A stretch of DNA of 64,000 nucleotides from a bacterium. Its GTDB lineage: Bacteria > Bacillota_I > Bacilli_A > RF39 > UBA660. The notes under the pieces were generated by a model. It searched no databases. It was not told the DNA's origin and was given only the letters and a program-made list of their open reading frames with translations. Positions within the stretch are counted from its first letter, which is position 1. Each line of letters begins with the position of its first letter. Of the stretch, positions 1-9,118 are shown in pieces. The stretch is from positions 2,732-66,731 of the forward strand of contig JAQXPH010000012.1 of assembly GCA_029100545.1 (NCBI GenBank), in the 5' to 3' direction. Position numbers and translations under genes: made by a program.

Positions 1-90
1 ATCATCTAAAGCAAGAATTTCATCTGCCATTTTGTCAAATCTATTTAATTCTTTATATTCACTATCTAATAATTTTTTTAAAAAACCCAT
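1..90 (-). CDS. secA: Preprotein translocase ATPase SecA, N-terminal fragment (runs off window)
   Basis: Minus-strand ATG at 90 behind AGGTGAGAAT RBS. Encodes MGFLKKLLDSEYKELNRFDKMADEILALDD, typical of SecA N-termini. hpf-secA order as in B. subtilis. Confidence 0.6.
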   Translation of the reverse strand, partial: MGFLKKLLDSEYKELNRFDKMADEILALDD

Positions 91-136
91 ATTCTCACCT
101 TCGTAGATATTATATCAAAATAAATAAAATAATAAA

Positions 137-163
137 AGGCTTAAATATTTACTACTTAAGCCT
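137..163 (-). terminator. Intrinsic terminator after hpf (bidirectional hairpin)
   Basis: AGGCTTAA-N11-TTAAGCCT hairpin with T-rich runs on both strands, immediately 3' of the hpf stop. Confidence 0.5.
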
Positions 164-168
164 ATTTT

Positions 169-696
169 TTATTTAACATTTAGTATTCCGTATGAACCAT
201 CTTTTCTTTTATATAAAACAGATACGCACTCTTCATTAATATTTTTAAATGCAAAAAAATCATGATTTAATAGTTCCATTTGCATTATTGCTTCGTCTTC
301 ATCCATTGGTTTTATATCTAAATTTTTTCTTTTTACAATTTTTTCATCATTTATTATTTCATCTTCATAATCTAAATTCATTTCAAAAGATTGAACATTT
401 TTATAATGATTATTTAATCTAGTTTTATTTTTTCTAATCATTCTTTCTAACTTATCAACAACTAAATCAATAGATGCATATAAATCTTCATTACTTTCTT
501 CTGCTCTAATATAAAATTTAGAAGTTGGGATAGAAACTTCAATTGTTTCTAAATTATTCTTTACTCTAATTAAAACACTACATTTAATGTCATCACTATT
601 TTTAAAATATTTATCTAGTTTTGTTAATTTCTCCTCAATATAATCCTTTATTGCTTTAGTAACCTTAATTTTGTCTCCACGAATTTGTATTTTCAT
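169..696 (-). CDS. hpf: Ribosome hibernation promoting factor, long form
   Basis: 175 aa. N-terminal sigma54-modulation/S30AE domain (MKIQIRGDKIKVTKAIKDYIEEKL) plus a C-terminal dimerisation domain. AAGGAGATGA RBS. Confidence 0.9.
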   Translation of the reverse strand: MKIQIRGDKIKVTKAIKDYIEEKLTKLDKYFKNSDDIKCSVLIRVKNNLETIEVSIPTSKFYIRAEESNEDLYASIDLVVDKLERMIRKNKTRLNNHYKNVQSFEMNLDYEDEIINDEKIVKRKNLDIKPMDEDEAIMQMELLNHDFFAFKNINEECVSVLYKRKDGSYGILNVK

Positions 697-747
697 TTTT
701 TATCATCTCCTTATAATAATTATAACATTTCATTCATAAAAAAACTA

Positions 748-960
748 CTATACAGTAGTTAATTTTAGTGTTTCAACATCTTGAGCTTGTAAACCTTTAG
801 AAGTTTCAATTAATTTAAAATTTACTATATCGCCTTCATTTAAGGTTTTATATCCATCTTTTTTTATTACAGAGTAATGAACAAAAATATCTGATAAGTT
901 TTCACACTCTATAAAACCATATCCTTTCTCATTATTAAACCACTTTACTTTTCCTTTCAT
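748..960 (-). CDS. Cold-shock domain protein
   Basis: MKGKVKWFNNEKGYGFIE...IFVHYS contains the RNP1/RNP2 cold-shock motifs. Start moved to ATG 960 behind GAAGGAAGGTG; the ORF-track start at 993 has no RBS. Confidence 0.9.
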   Translation of the reverse strand: MKGKVKWFNNEKGYGFIECENLSDIFVHYSVIKKDGYKTLNEGDIVNFKLIETSKGLQAQDVETLKLTTV

Positions 961-1031
961 TTTTACACCTTCCTTCAAGAATAAATTTATCACTTAAATT
1001 AAGGTATAGCAATGAAAATAGTATGCCAAAA

Positions 1032-1038
1032 TTCGACA
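1032..1038 (-). promoter_or_regulatory. Exact Spo0A-box heptamer (TGTCGAA on minus strand) upstream of csp
   Basis: TTCGACA on the plus strand, about 72 bp upstream of the csp start. A 7-mer alone is weak evidence. Confidence 0.25.
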
Positions 1039-1062
1039 AAAATAGGGTTAAAGTATAAATTT

Positions 1063-1650
1063 TTAAGATAATTTAGTATAATAATTTTTTGCAATATTTA
1101 TGAGATATTTTTCATATTCAGAAATTATGAAGAAGTTTTTACTATTAAATTTTTTAATAATACTATCGTTATTAGAAAGAATTATTAGATTTTTTTGAAT
1201 TTTTATATTTACTAAATATAATATTTCTCTTAAAGATAATTCTTTTGTATTTAAAGTTAGCAATTTTTTTGTATTATTTCTAGTAATATATAATAAAGTT
1301 AAATACTCATTTCCTATTAAATATGAATCATTTTTTGTAACATTTAAAAGAGCATAATCCTTCAAAAATTTTATAACTGTAATATTTAAATCAGAAAAAA
1401 TTTCTTCAATTTTATTTTTATCATTAATTGAAATACTTCCATTATAAATAATTATTTTACTATTATTTTTTAATAAACGTTTTAATTTGTTTTTTTTTAA
1501 AAAATTGTTATATTTTATTTCAAATTCATTTTTATTATAGATAATTCCATTATTTATAATATTTTTACTAAATTTTTGTTCATAAAATAATCCCATTGAA
1601 TATTCAATGACTTTATTTTCATAAATATATACTATATTATAAAACTTCAT
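1063..1650 (-). CDS. Hypothetical protein, N/K/I-rich, no recognisable domain
   Basis: 195-aa ORF overlapping the upstream spoIIQ-like gene by 14 nt (translational coupling). No TM segment or motif recognised. Confidence 0.5.
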   Translation of the reverse strand: MKFYNIVYIYENKVIEYSMGLFYEQKFSKNIINNGIIYNKNEFEIKYNNFLKKNKLKRLLKNNSKIIIYNGSISINDKNKIEEIFSDLNITVIKFLKDYALLNVTKNDSYLIGNEYLTLLYITRNNTKKLLTLNTKELSLREILYLVNIKIQKNLIILSNNDSIIKKFNSKNFFIISEYEKYLINIAKNYYTKLS

Positions 1651-2266
1651 TTGGTTTTAAATTATAAAATATTTCTGGATCTATTGATTTACCTTGTTCA
1701 TATACCTCAAAAAGCAAAACATTTTGATTAGAAAATATTTTATTTGAAGTAGCCTTACCAATAATTGTTCCTTTTTTTATTTGTTCGCCTTCTTTAATTA
1801 CTACGTCTTTTAAAGAATAATAAAATGTTGTTAAATTTTCACTATGCATTATTTCAATAACATTGCCTAATATTTCATCTTCTTTAATACTTTTTACTAC
1901 GCCATCATATACTGAAACAACATCAAAATCTTCTTCGCAAGCATAAACAATTCCTGAATTTGGCATATAAGTGCTTTGATACGAAATTAAAGCATTTGTT
2001 TGTTTTTCAGAATCATAATCCTTACTATAATATCCTGATTTTACTTGTACCTTTTCACTTAAATAAGGTTTTTCAAAGTTATCCTCCATAGTTTCACTTA
2101 AAACATTTTGAGTTACTTCTTTCATAAGTGATTTTGAATAATCGTAATTTGTAACATTTTTTAATAACTGATTATTAATTATCGAAACGCTAAAAAAAGT
2201 AACTAGTATAATCAAAATGTATATCGTTGGTAAAACAAAACTTCTTAATTTTCTTTTTTTCATCAT
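1637..2266 (-). CDS. Membrane-anchored degenerate LytM (M23) domain protein, SpoIIQ-like
   Basis: N-terminal TM (FVLPTIYILIILVTFFSV) and a C-terminal LytM fold (GNVIEIMHSENLTTFYYSLKDVVIKEGEQIKKGTIIGKA). The HxH and Y-x-H-L zinc ligands are replaced (YYSL, LLFEV). Lies directly downstream of spoIID. Confidence 0.5.
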   Translation of the reverse strand: MMKKRKLRSFVLPTIYILIILVTFFSVSIINNQLLKNVTNYDYSKSLMKEVTQNVLSETMEDNFEKPYLSEKVQVKSGYYSKDYDSEKQTNALISYQSTYMPNSGIVYACEEDFDVVSVYDGVVKSIKEDEILGNVIEIMHSENLTTFYYSLKDVVIKEGEQIKKGTIIGKATSNKIFSNQNVLLFEVYEQGKSIDPEIFYNLKPNEVL

Positions 2267-2300
2267 TTATCCTCCTATAAAAAAGTATGGATAAAATTAA

Positions 2301-3212
2301 TTATATTATACTAGTAATATTTACCCCTTGATAATAATATTTCAATATTTGTTCATAATTATAGCCTTTCTTTGCAAGATAATTTGCACCATATTGGCTC
2401 ATACCAACTCCATGACCATAACCATAAGTTGTTATATATATGTTATCTGATATTTCTAATATAAAATCAGTTGATCTTAAATTTAAAATTTTTCTAAATT
2501 CTGTACCCTTAAAAGTTTTATTATTAATTGTAATTTCAATAACTCTATTGCTTTTTGATCGAATTACATTATTAATTATAATGTTTTCGCAATTTATATC
2601 TAATTTTTTACAAAATTCTTGTTTAGAAAATGTTACATTTTTTTCAAAATTTCTATTTTCAATTTCATCTAATGAAGAAACACTTTTTAAATAATCTTTT
2701 TTTTCATTAAAAACTAGCATACTATCTTCTGTATAACCATTACTCATAGCAAAATAATAAGATGAAATAATCTTTCCATTATAAGTAATTAATAAATTAT
2801 CAGTTTCTTCTACTGCTTTTTTTATTTTTAAATAATATTTATCATAGTCTTCATGCCAAATTTCTTTCATTTGATTTTCAGTATACATACATTGAGTTGT
2901 TGTATCTGTAGTAATATCTTTTCCAATGCTTTCTAAATAATATGCAAAAGTTCTTGATGCAATTGCCTGTGATTTCAATGCTTCTTCTTCAAATGACGCT
3001 GGCATTTCACACGCTAGAACTCCTATTAAATAATCATTAATATTAATATTTACATTTTTACTTTTTTCATTTCGTACACTAACTATTTCTTCCTTTTTGG
3101 CATTATAAAAATAGGAAGTCTTATTATCTAAACTTCCTACTAAATAAACTACAATTAATATCAATATAAAAATTATAATATTATTTTTCATTTTTTCCTT
3201 ATATGAGTTCAA
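2301..3212 (-). CDS. spoIID: Stage II sporulation protein D (lytic transglycosylase)
   Basis: SpoIID/LytB domain: CEMPASFEEEALKSQAIASRTFAY and GYGHGVGMSQYGANYLA, with an N-terminal TM. murA-spoIID neighbourhood as in B. subtilis. Confidence 0.85.
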   Translation of the reverse strand: MNSYKEKMKNNIIIFILILIVVYLVGSLDNKTSYFYNAKKEEIVSVRNEKSKNVNININDYLIGVLACEMPASFEEEALKSQAIASRTFAYYLESIGKDITTDTTTQCMYTENQMKEIWHEDYDKYYLKIKKAVEETDNLLITYNGKIISSYYFAMSNGYTEDSMLVFNEKKDYLKSVSSLDEIENRNFEKNVTFSKQEFCKKLDINCENIIINNVIRSKSNRVIEITINNKTFKGTEFRKILNLRSTDFILEISDNIYITTYGYGHGVGMSQYGANYLAKKGYNYEQILKYYYQGVNITSII

Positions 3213-3405
3213 TAAAATTTATTATAAATTGCGAAGCAATATAACTAATTCCAAGAGATGTTATTAAAATAAATAATTTAGCCTCTAATTCATGTTTTGT
3301 TTTAAAAAAACCTGTATAATTTATTCCACTTAAACAAAACATTGTAATAAAAAGCATTATTATATAAATAAACACTCTATAATCCATTATATTCTCCATT
3401 TTCAT
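3199..3405 (-). CDS. Small membrane protein, YwzB/DUF1146-like
   Basis: 68-aa, two-TM ORF in the position ywzB occupies near murAA/spoIID in B. subtilis. The true start may be an internal Met (3387 or 3399). Confidence 0.4.
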   Translation of the reverse strand: MKMENIMDYRVFIYIIMLFITMFCLSGINYTGFFKTKHELEAKLFILITSLGISYIASQFIINFIELI

Positions 3406-3832
3406 ATTTTATGATTTTATTAATTCTTTTTTTATGTCGCTCTTCATCTGGACTTTTTGTATTAATAAAAGTATCTACTATTTCACAAATTTGTTTCATA
3501 TCAATACTACTACTAATGCATAAAACATTGCAATCATTATGATTTTTTGCATAATAACTATCATCAGTATTAACACATCTTGCAGCTCTAATTCCTTTAA
3601 CCTTATTTGCGGCAATACTCATCCCTATTCCCGTACCACATATTAATATACCTAATGATTTATCATTCTCTTTAACTTTGTTACAAATATCAAAAGCAAA
3701 ATCAGGATAGTCATCATTTTCATTATGATCCAAACTAGATAAATATACATCTAAACCTAAATCTTTTAAATATATATATAATCTATTTTGTATATCTACG
3801 CCACGATGATCAGTTCCAATAAATATTTTCAT
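3377..3832 (-). CDS. rpiB: Ribose-5-phosphate isomerase B
   Basis: MKIFIGTDHRG...ILICGTGIGMSIAANK, RpiB/LacAB family. Start moved to ATG 3832 behind AGGTGGTGA. Confidence 0.85.
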   Translation of the reverse strand: MKIFIGTDHRGVDIQNRLYIYLKDLGLDVYLSSLDHNENDDYPDFAFDICNKVKENDKSLGILICGTGIGMSIAANKVKGIRAARCVNTDDSYYAKNHNDCNVLCISSSIDMKQICEIVDTFINTKSPDEERHKKRINKIIKYENGEYNGL

Positions 3833-3858
3833 TATATCACCACCTATATTATATAACA

Positions 3859-3897
3859 AAATAAATAAAAAAACAAAAAACTAATTGGTTTTTTGTT
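3859..3897 (-). terminator. Intrinsic terminator after rpmE
   Basis: AACAAAAAAC-loop-GTTTTTTGTT hairpin overlapping the rpmE stop, followed on the minus strand by a T-rich run. Confidence 0.5.
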
Positions 3898-4096
3898 CTT
3901 TTATACCATATTTACGATTAAATTTTTCTACATTTCCTGTTTTTTTAGTTCTTGCTTGTGAACCAGTATAATATGGATGACATTTACTACATACTTCAAC
4001 ATTAATATTATCTTTTGTTGATAAAGTTGTAAATGTTTCACCACAAGCACATTTAACAGTTACTTCTTTCATTTCAGGATGTATATTTGCTTTCAT
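3881..4096 (-). CDS. rpmE: 50S ribosomal protein L31 (Zn-binding type)
   Basis: [22 protein letters not shown]...[10 protein letters not shown]. Confidence 0.95.
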   Translation of the reverse strand: MKANIHPEMKEVTVKCACGETFTTLSTKDNINVEVCSKCHPYYTGSQARTKKTGNVEKFNRKYGIKEQKTN

Positions 4097-4156
4097 AATT
4101 TTTCCCTTCCTTTTTATATTAATTTCTTTAGTATTATATCACAAATTGGAAACTTA

Positions 4157-4792
4157 TCAATCTTTTTTTATAATCATTTTACTAATTTTATAATATGCTT
4201 TACTATTTAAATAAAACTTTCCATTAATATTATAGTAATAATTCATATCTAATTTATTTAAATCTATATATTTAGTATTAAATTCTTTAGAATAACTTAA
4301 CAATTTTTTATTAATTAAATCATATTTATTAGAATCATTAAATATACTAAATAATATTATTTTTCCATCGTTAAGTTTTCTTATATTTTCTAATATTGTG
4401 TAAATGTTATTTAAAAAATCTATAATAATTTCATTAGATAGTTCTTTATAATTATTTAATTCAAAATTTCCTATATTTAAAATAATAATATTTGCATTTT
4501 TTATATAAAAATTTATTTTTGATTCATTATTTTTTATTAAATCTAAAACATTATATGTTGTTAAATCATCTTTACAATATTCTTTCAAAAATAATTTATT
4601 ATTATTTTCTTTTAAATACTTATTATAATTTTTATTATTAGAATATAATATTTTTCCAGTTGAAAGATAATCTCCAATTGAAACAATATATTCCTTTTTA
4701 TGATTTAAAAATTTATATATAATAAAGATACTAGTTATTGAAACAAAAATAATAATTAATAATTTATATCTTCTTTTAATCTTAAACATCAA
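4157..4792 (-). CDS. Membrane-anchored SGNH/GDSL-hydrolase-like protein, catalytic residues not evident
   Basis: N-terminal TM. Block I-like VSIGDYLSTG and block III-like LNIGNFELNN, but no clear DxxH. Overlaps the murA stop. Confidence 0.35.
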   Translation of the reverse strand: MMFKIKRRYKLLIIIFVSITSIFIIYKFLNHKKEYIVSIGDYLSTGKILYSNNKNYNKYLKENNNKLFLKEYCKDDLTTYNVLDLIKNNESKINFYIKNANIIILNIGNFELNNYKELSNEIIIDFLNNIYTILENIRKLNDGKIILFSIFNDSNKYDLINKKLLSYSKEFNTKYIDLNKLDMNYYYNINGKFYLNSKAYYKISKMIIKKD

Positions 4793-6044
4793 TTATTTTA
4801 ATATCTGCTCCTACTTTTGATAATTTGTTTATTAAATTTTCATAACCTCTTAATATATATTCTATATTTGATATTGTAGTTGTACCTTCTGCTATTAATC
4901 CTGCCATAACAAGAGCAGCTCCCCCTCTTAAATCTGTAGCATTGATATGGCATCCTTTTAACTTAGTTGGTCCATTAATAATTGAATGAGTATTATCTTG
5001 TAGTTTAATATTAGCTCCCATCATATTTAAATATTTTACATGTTGCATTCTATTTTCCCAAATTGTTTCCTCGAAATAGGATGTTCCATTTGCTTGCGTT
5101 AATAATACTGATATTGGTTGACCCAAATCTGTTGGAAATCCCGGATATACTAAAGTTTTTATATTGATAGGTAAAATATTATTACATTTTGATATAGTAA
5201 CTTTATCATCAGATATTTTATATTTAATTCCCATATCATCAAATTTATCAAATAATGCTTTTAATTGACTTGGTTCAATGCCACAAACAGATAAATTATC
5301 ACCAATCATTGCACCAATCATTAAATAAGTTCCAGCTTCAATTCGATCTGGTATAACATCAATTGTTGCACCTTTTAATTTTTTAACTCCCTCAATAGTA
5401 ATAGTAGATGTACCAGCTCCCTTAATTTTTGCTCCCATATTATTTAAAAAATCAGCAATATTTATAATTTCTATTTCTTTAGCTGCATTTTCTAATATTG
5501 TTGTACCTGATGCTAAACATGCCGCAAACATAATATTTATAGTAGCTCCAACTGAGGCAAAATCTAATTTTATTCTAGTGCCAATTAATTCTTGAGCATC
5601 TAAAGTATAAATATGTGTTTTTTCATTATGTGATATTTTTGCGCCTAATGCTTCAAATCCTTTTAAATGTAAATCAATTGGTCTTGTACCTATATTACAT
5701 CCACCAGGAAAATACATTTCAACATGTTTAAATTTTGCAAGTAATACTCCCATAAAATAATATGAAGCTCTTAACTTTTGCGATAAATCTTCAGGAATAA
5801 TTGTATTTTTTAAATTAGTTGAATCAATAGTAACGCTTGTATTTTCAAAATTAGTTTTAACATTTAAAATATTTAATATATCAATTAAAGCATCTTTATC
5901 AGATATATTTGGAACTTTATTTATATTGCAAATATCACTTGATAATAATGCTGCTGGTATTAAAGCAACAACACTATTTTTTGCACCGCCTATAGAAATA
6001 TTGCCACTTAAAGTTTTACCACCATTAATTATAATTTCTTTCAT
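4782..6044 (-). CDS. murA: UDP-N-acetylglucosamine 1-carboxyvinyltransferase
   Basis: 420 aa. GAKNS, active-site Cys loop FPGGCNIGTRPIDLHL, full-length EPSP-synthase-like fold. Confidence 0.95.
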   Translation of the reverse strand: MKEIIINGGKTLSGNISIGGAKNSVVALIPAALLSSDICNINKVPNISDKDALIDILNILNVKTNFENTSVTIDSTNLKNTIIPEDLSQKLRASYYFMGVLLAKFKHVEMYFPGGCNIGTRPIDLHLKGFEALGAKISHNEKTHIYTLDAQELIGTRIKLDFASVGATINIMFAACLASGTTILENAAKEIEIINIADFLNNMGAKIKGAGTSTITIEGVKKLKGATIDVIPDRIEAGTYLMIGAMIGDNLSVCGIEPSQLKALFDKFDDMGIKYKISDDKVTISKCNNILPINIKTLVYPGFPTDLGQPISVLLTQANGTSYFEETIWENRMQHVKYLNMMGANIKLQDNTHSIINGPTKLKGCHINATDLRGGAALVMAGLIAEGTTTISNIEYILRGYENLINKLSKVGADIKIIDV

Positions 6045-6196
6045 AAATCACCACTTTATATTTTATTTTCAATTAATTATATTCTACACAAAAAGGTAAT
6101 ATGTATCTCTTTGTAATTAAATCATAAACTATTTTTCAAAAGTAGTCAAATTTATTAATCAATCTAGATATTTTATTTACAAAAAAAAAGATAATA

Positions 6197-6682
6197 TTAT
6201 TTATCATCAATTTTTTGTACTGTTCCTTCAAATTTTGTTACTATTCCTTTTAAAACAGAATAATTTTTATTAATCATTTTATCATTTTTTTCATTTTCTT
6301 TTCGTAATTTATTTAATTTTTCTTTTTCTTTAGTTATTTTTGCAAGTTCATTTTTTTGATAATCATAAAACTCTTTTTGAGCTTGAGATAATCTATTTTT
6401 ATAATCTTCTAAATATTTTTCATATTCTTCAAGGGCTTTTTTCTTGTTTTCATAATCTTTTTTAAGTTTTTCTTTTTGTAAATTTATTTTTTCAATCTCA
6501 TTTTTTACATTAATTTTAAATTGTTTTTTATCATTTTCTAAACTTTCTTTTTTTTCATCAAGTTCTTTATTTAATTTAATGTAATATTCAATAAATTCAT
6601 TTGTATTATTTTCTTCTAGATTTTTTTTTAAAAGATCAGTATTAATGTTTAATTCATAATCTGTATTATCTTTATTATTCAT
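6197..6682 (-). CDS. K/E-rich coiled-coil protein (paralog 1)
   Basis: 161 aa, heptad-like K/E/L/N composition, no TM or signal peptide. C-terminus NYSVLKGIVTKFEG resembles the neighbour's NYSKFQEIVKKFIS. Confidence 0.6.
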   Translation of the reverse strand: MNNKDNTDYELNINTDLLKKNLEENNTNEFIEYYIKLNKELDEKKESLENDKKQFKINVKNEIEKINLQKEKLKKDYENKKKALEEYEKYLEDYKNRLSQAQKEFYDYQKNELAKITKEKEKLNKLRKENEKNDKMINKNYSVLKGIVTKFEGTVQKIDDK

Positions 6683-6683
6683 A

Positions 6684-7241
6684 CTATTCCTTATTATTTA
6701 TTTTAGATATAAATTTTTTTACTATTTCTTGAAATTTAGAATAATTATCTTCCAAATCTTTTTTATTCTTTTCAATTAAATTAATTTGTTCAATTCTATA
6801 TTTTTCAAATTCATTCTTATTTTTGTTTAATTCCTCTCTTTTAGAATCAATATCAGCATAAATTTTTGTTTTTTCTTGTTCAAAATCAATTTTTTCATCA
6901 TTTAGTTTTTGTCTTTCACTTTTCATTTCTTGTTCAAAACTAAATTTTTCATTTGCTAATTTTTTTTCTTCATCAGATAGTTTTAAGGATTTTTGATTCA
7001 ACTCTTCTTTTTGAACAACAAGAGAATTTACAGTACTATCAGCATTGGATACTTGCTTATTTAATTCTGCTAGTAATGATTCAAAATCCATATGTTTATC
7101 TTTTATATTTTTATTATCGCTTAAAAGGTCTTCACTTTCTTTAGACAATGAAAATATCTCTTTTGGAAATTCAAATTTTGGTTCCTCATTAAATAATTCA
7201 AATTCATTATTAATTTCAATATTATCTTTTTTCATAATCAA
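6684..7241 (-). CDS. K/E-rich coiled-coil protein (paralog 2)
   Basis: 185 aa, acidic N-terminus followed by a long coiled coil. A 1-nt gap to the downstream paralog implies co-translation. Confidence 0.6.
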   Translation of the reverse strand: MIMKKDNIEINNEFELFNEEPKFEFPKEIFSLSKESEDLLSDNKNIKDKHMDFESLLAELNKQVSNADSTVNSLVVQKEELNQKSLKLSDEEKKLANEKFSFEQEMKSERQKLNDEKIDFEQEKTKIYADIDSKREELNKNKNEFEKYRIEQINLIEKNKKDLEDNYSKFQEIVKKFISKINNKE

Positions 7242-7293
7242 CCTCTTTATCTTAACTTAATTCTACTACATTTATTTTTTTTTAGCAATATTT

Positions 7294-7827
7294 TTATTTT
7301 ATTAGATGATTAAATGCTAATAATAAGATTATAACTATACCAAATACTTTTGCAATTATACCAAATTTTTTATATGTTAATTTACCTAATAATAAACCAA
7401 TATATGTTATAAAAAATGAACATATCATAAATATTAAGAAACCTAATAAAGGAATTGAAGTAATATTATTTATTCCAATTCCTATAGTAAAGCTATCCAA
7501 ACTTACACTAAAAGCAAAAAAAATCATATTTAGTAATGACATTTTAAAATTATTTTCTTTTTTATTAAATAAATCAACTATCATTTCAATACCTATAAAA
7601 ATAAATAAAGCAAATAATAATTTATTAGAGTCTATATAAACGATATTTCTTAATATATTTCCTAAAACACTTCCTAAAAAAGGCATAATAAAGTGAAAAA
7701 TACCTACTATAAGAGAATATAATAAATAGTCTTTTTTATCATTATAATTTGTTCCTATAGATAATGCCAGTGAAAAAGAATCCATCGAAAGCGAAATTCC
7801 TATTAATAATAAAATATAAATATTCAT
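7294..7827 (-). CDS. mntP: Manganese efflux pump MntP family (YwlD-like)
   Basis: Duplicated DUF204 motifs: SLSMDSFSLALSIG and SVSLDSFTIGIG. Six TM segments. Position matches B. subtilis ywlD. Confidence 0.75.
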   Translation of the reverse strand: MNIYILLLIGISLSMDSFSLALSIGTNYNDKKDYLLYSLIVGIFHFIMPFLGSVLGNILRNIVYIDSNKLLFALFIFIGIEMIVDLFNKKENNFKMSLLNMIFFAFSVSLDSFTIGIGINNITSIPLLGFLIFMICSFFITYIGLLLGKLTYKKFGIIAKVFGIVIILLLAFNHLIK

Positions 7828-7850
7828 AATAAAGTATATAAAATAAAGAC

Positions 7851-8360
7851 CTATTTATGATATTTATTTAATATTTCATTAATATAGAATTTGTATTCAA
7901 TATTTGATAAATCATTTTCTTTTGCGTCAATTAAACATAAAGGTGGAAAAAGTACACACCACCAGTTATCTCCATATCCATTTCCTAAAGTTATGACAAG
8001 TGATTCATAATTTCCTTTTTTATATATAACATCCTTATACTCTTTTTTTGGGAAATAATTATAACCAAAATTTATAGTATAATTAATATTCATTTTATTT
8101 AATTCATCTTCTATATTATTTATATTATTATTAATACTTTTTCTTGCATCATATATATTTGATGATTCTAACATTATATTTGTAATTATAGGTATTATTT
8201 TTGTATTTGCTTCCCATTTATTTTTTTGATCTATTAATGAATTACTATTAGCAATTATTCTATATCTAATAGATTCGTTTGGAATAGTTATTTGCTTTTC
8301 TTTATTTATTGTAATTAAGAAAAAAGTAATAACAAATAATATAATTATAAATTTTTTCAT
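7851..8360 (-). CDS. spoIIR: Stage II sporulation protein R
   Basis: Signal/TM segment, IRYRIIANSNS (LRxHVxANSDS-like) and GDNWWCVLFPPLC signatures. Adjacent to prmC-prfA as in B. subtilis. Confidence 0.8.
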   Translation of the reverse strand: MKKFIIILFVITFFLITINKEKQITIPNESIRYRIIANSNSLIDQKNKWEANTKIIPIITNIMLESSNIYDARKSINNNINNIEDELNKMNINYTINFGYNYFPKKEYKDVIYKKGNYESLVITLGNGYGDNWWCVLFPPLCLIDAKENDLSNIEYKFYINEILNKYHK

Positions 8361-8398
8361 TTCATCACCATTACAATAATGAAAAAAAAATAGATATT

Positions 8399-9118
8399 TT
8401 ATTCATTTATAATGAATATATATCTATCTTTATTATTTAAATCTTTTTCTATTTTTATAATAGCATTTGGATAATACTTTAAAGCCATTGATTTAATGCT
8501 TTCACCTTGACTTTGTCCAATTTCAAAAGCAATAATATTTTTCTTATTTAAAAATCTAATTGATTTTTGTAAAATTATTTTATAAAAATATAAACCATTA
8601 TTTTTAGAAAAAATAGCTAATCTAGGCTCATATTTTATCTTTTCATCAACAGATTCTGAATATGATACATATGGTGGATTTGACACAATTATGTCATACT
8701 TTACATCATTAATATATTTTTCAATACTAGTATGAATAAAGTTTATAATAACATTTGTTTTTAAAGCATTTGTTTTTGCTAAATTTATGGCTTTTTTACT
8801 TTTATCTATAGCAGTTATGTTACATTCTAGATTTTTTTTTAAGTAAATACTTATACATCCACTTCCTGTTCCAATATCTAAAATATTAGGAATATTAAAA
8901 CTATATTGTTTAATTAATTTAGTTAATTTATCTACTAAGCCTTCAGTTTCAAATCTTGGAATTAAAACGTTTTTATTAACATCTATTTCTATGCCAAAAA
9001 AATCTACATTACCTATTATATATTGAACAGGATATCCCTTTTGTAATTTTTTTAATGCTTTTTTTTGTTTTTTTTCAGGAACATATTTTTCTATTAATTT
9101 AATATCAAAATTATCCAT
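8399..9118 (-). CDS. prmC: Release-factor glutamine N5-methyltransferase
   Basis: SAM motif DIGTGSGCI and SNPPYV. Translationally coupled to prfA. Confidence 0.85.
   Translation of the reverse strand: MDNFDIKLIEKYVPEKKQKKALKKLQKGYPVQYIIGNVDFFGIEIDVNKNVLIPRFETEGLVDKLTKLIKQYSFNIPNILDIGTGSGCISIYLKKNLECNITAIDKSKKAINLAKTNALKTNVIINFIHTSIEKYINDVKYDIIVSNPPYVSYSESVDEKIKYEPRLAIFSKNNGLYFYKIILQKSIRFLNKKNIIAFEIGQSQGESIKSMALKYYPNAIIKIEKDLNNKDRYIFIINE

Noticed and set aside
2440-2694. Other short opposite-strand ORFs in the track (2440, 6953, 7045, 10898, 11497, 14907, 19052, 24403, 38896, 44375, 46785, 48712, 51753, 53769, 63053)
   Set aside because: All lie wholly within well-supported CDSs, lack RBSs and have hydrophobic or low-complexity translations typical of antisense frames in AT-rich DNA.
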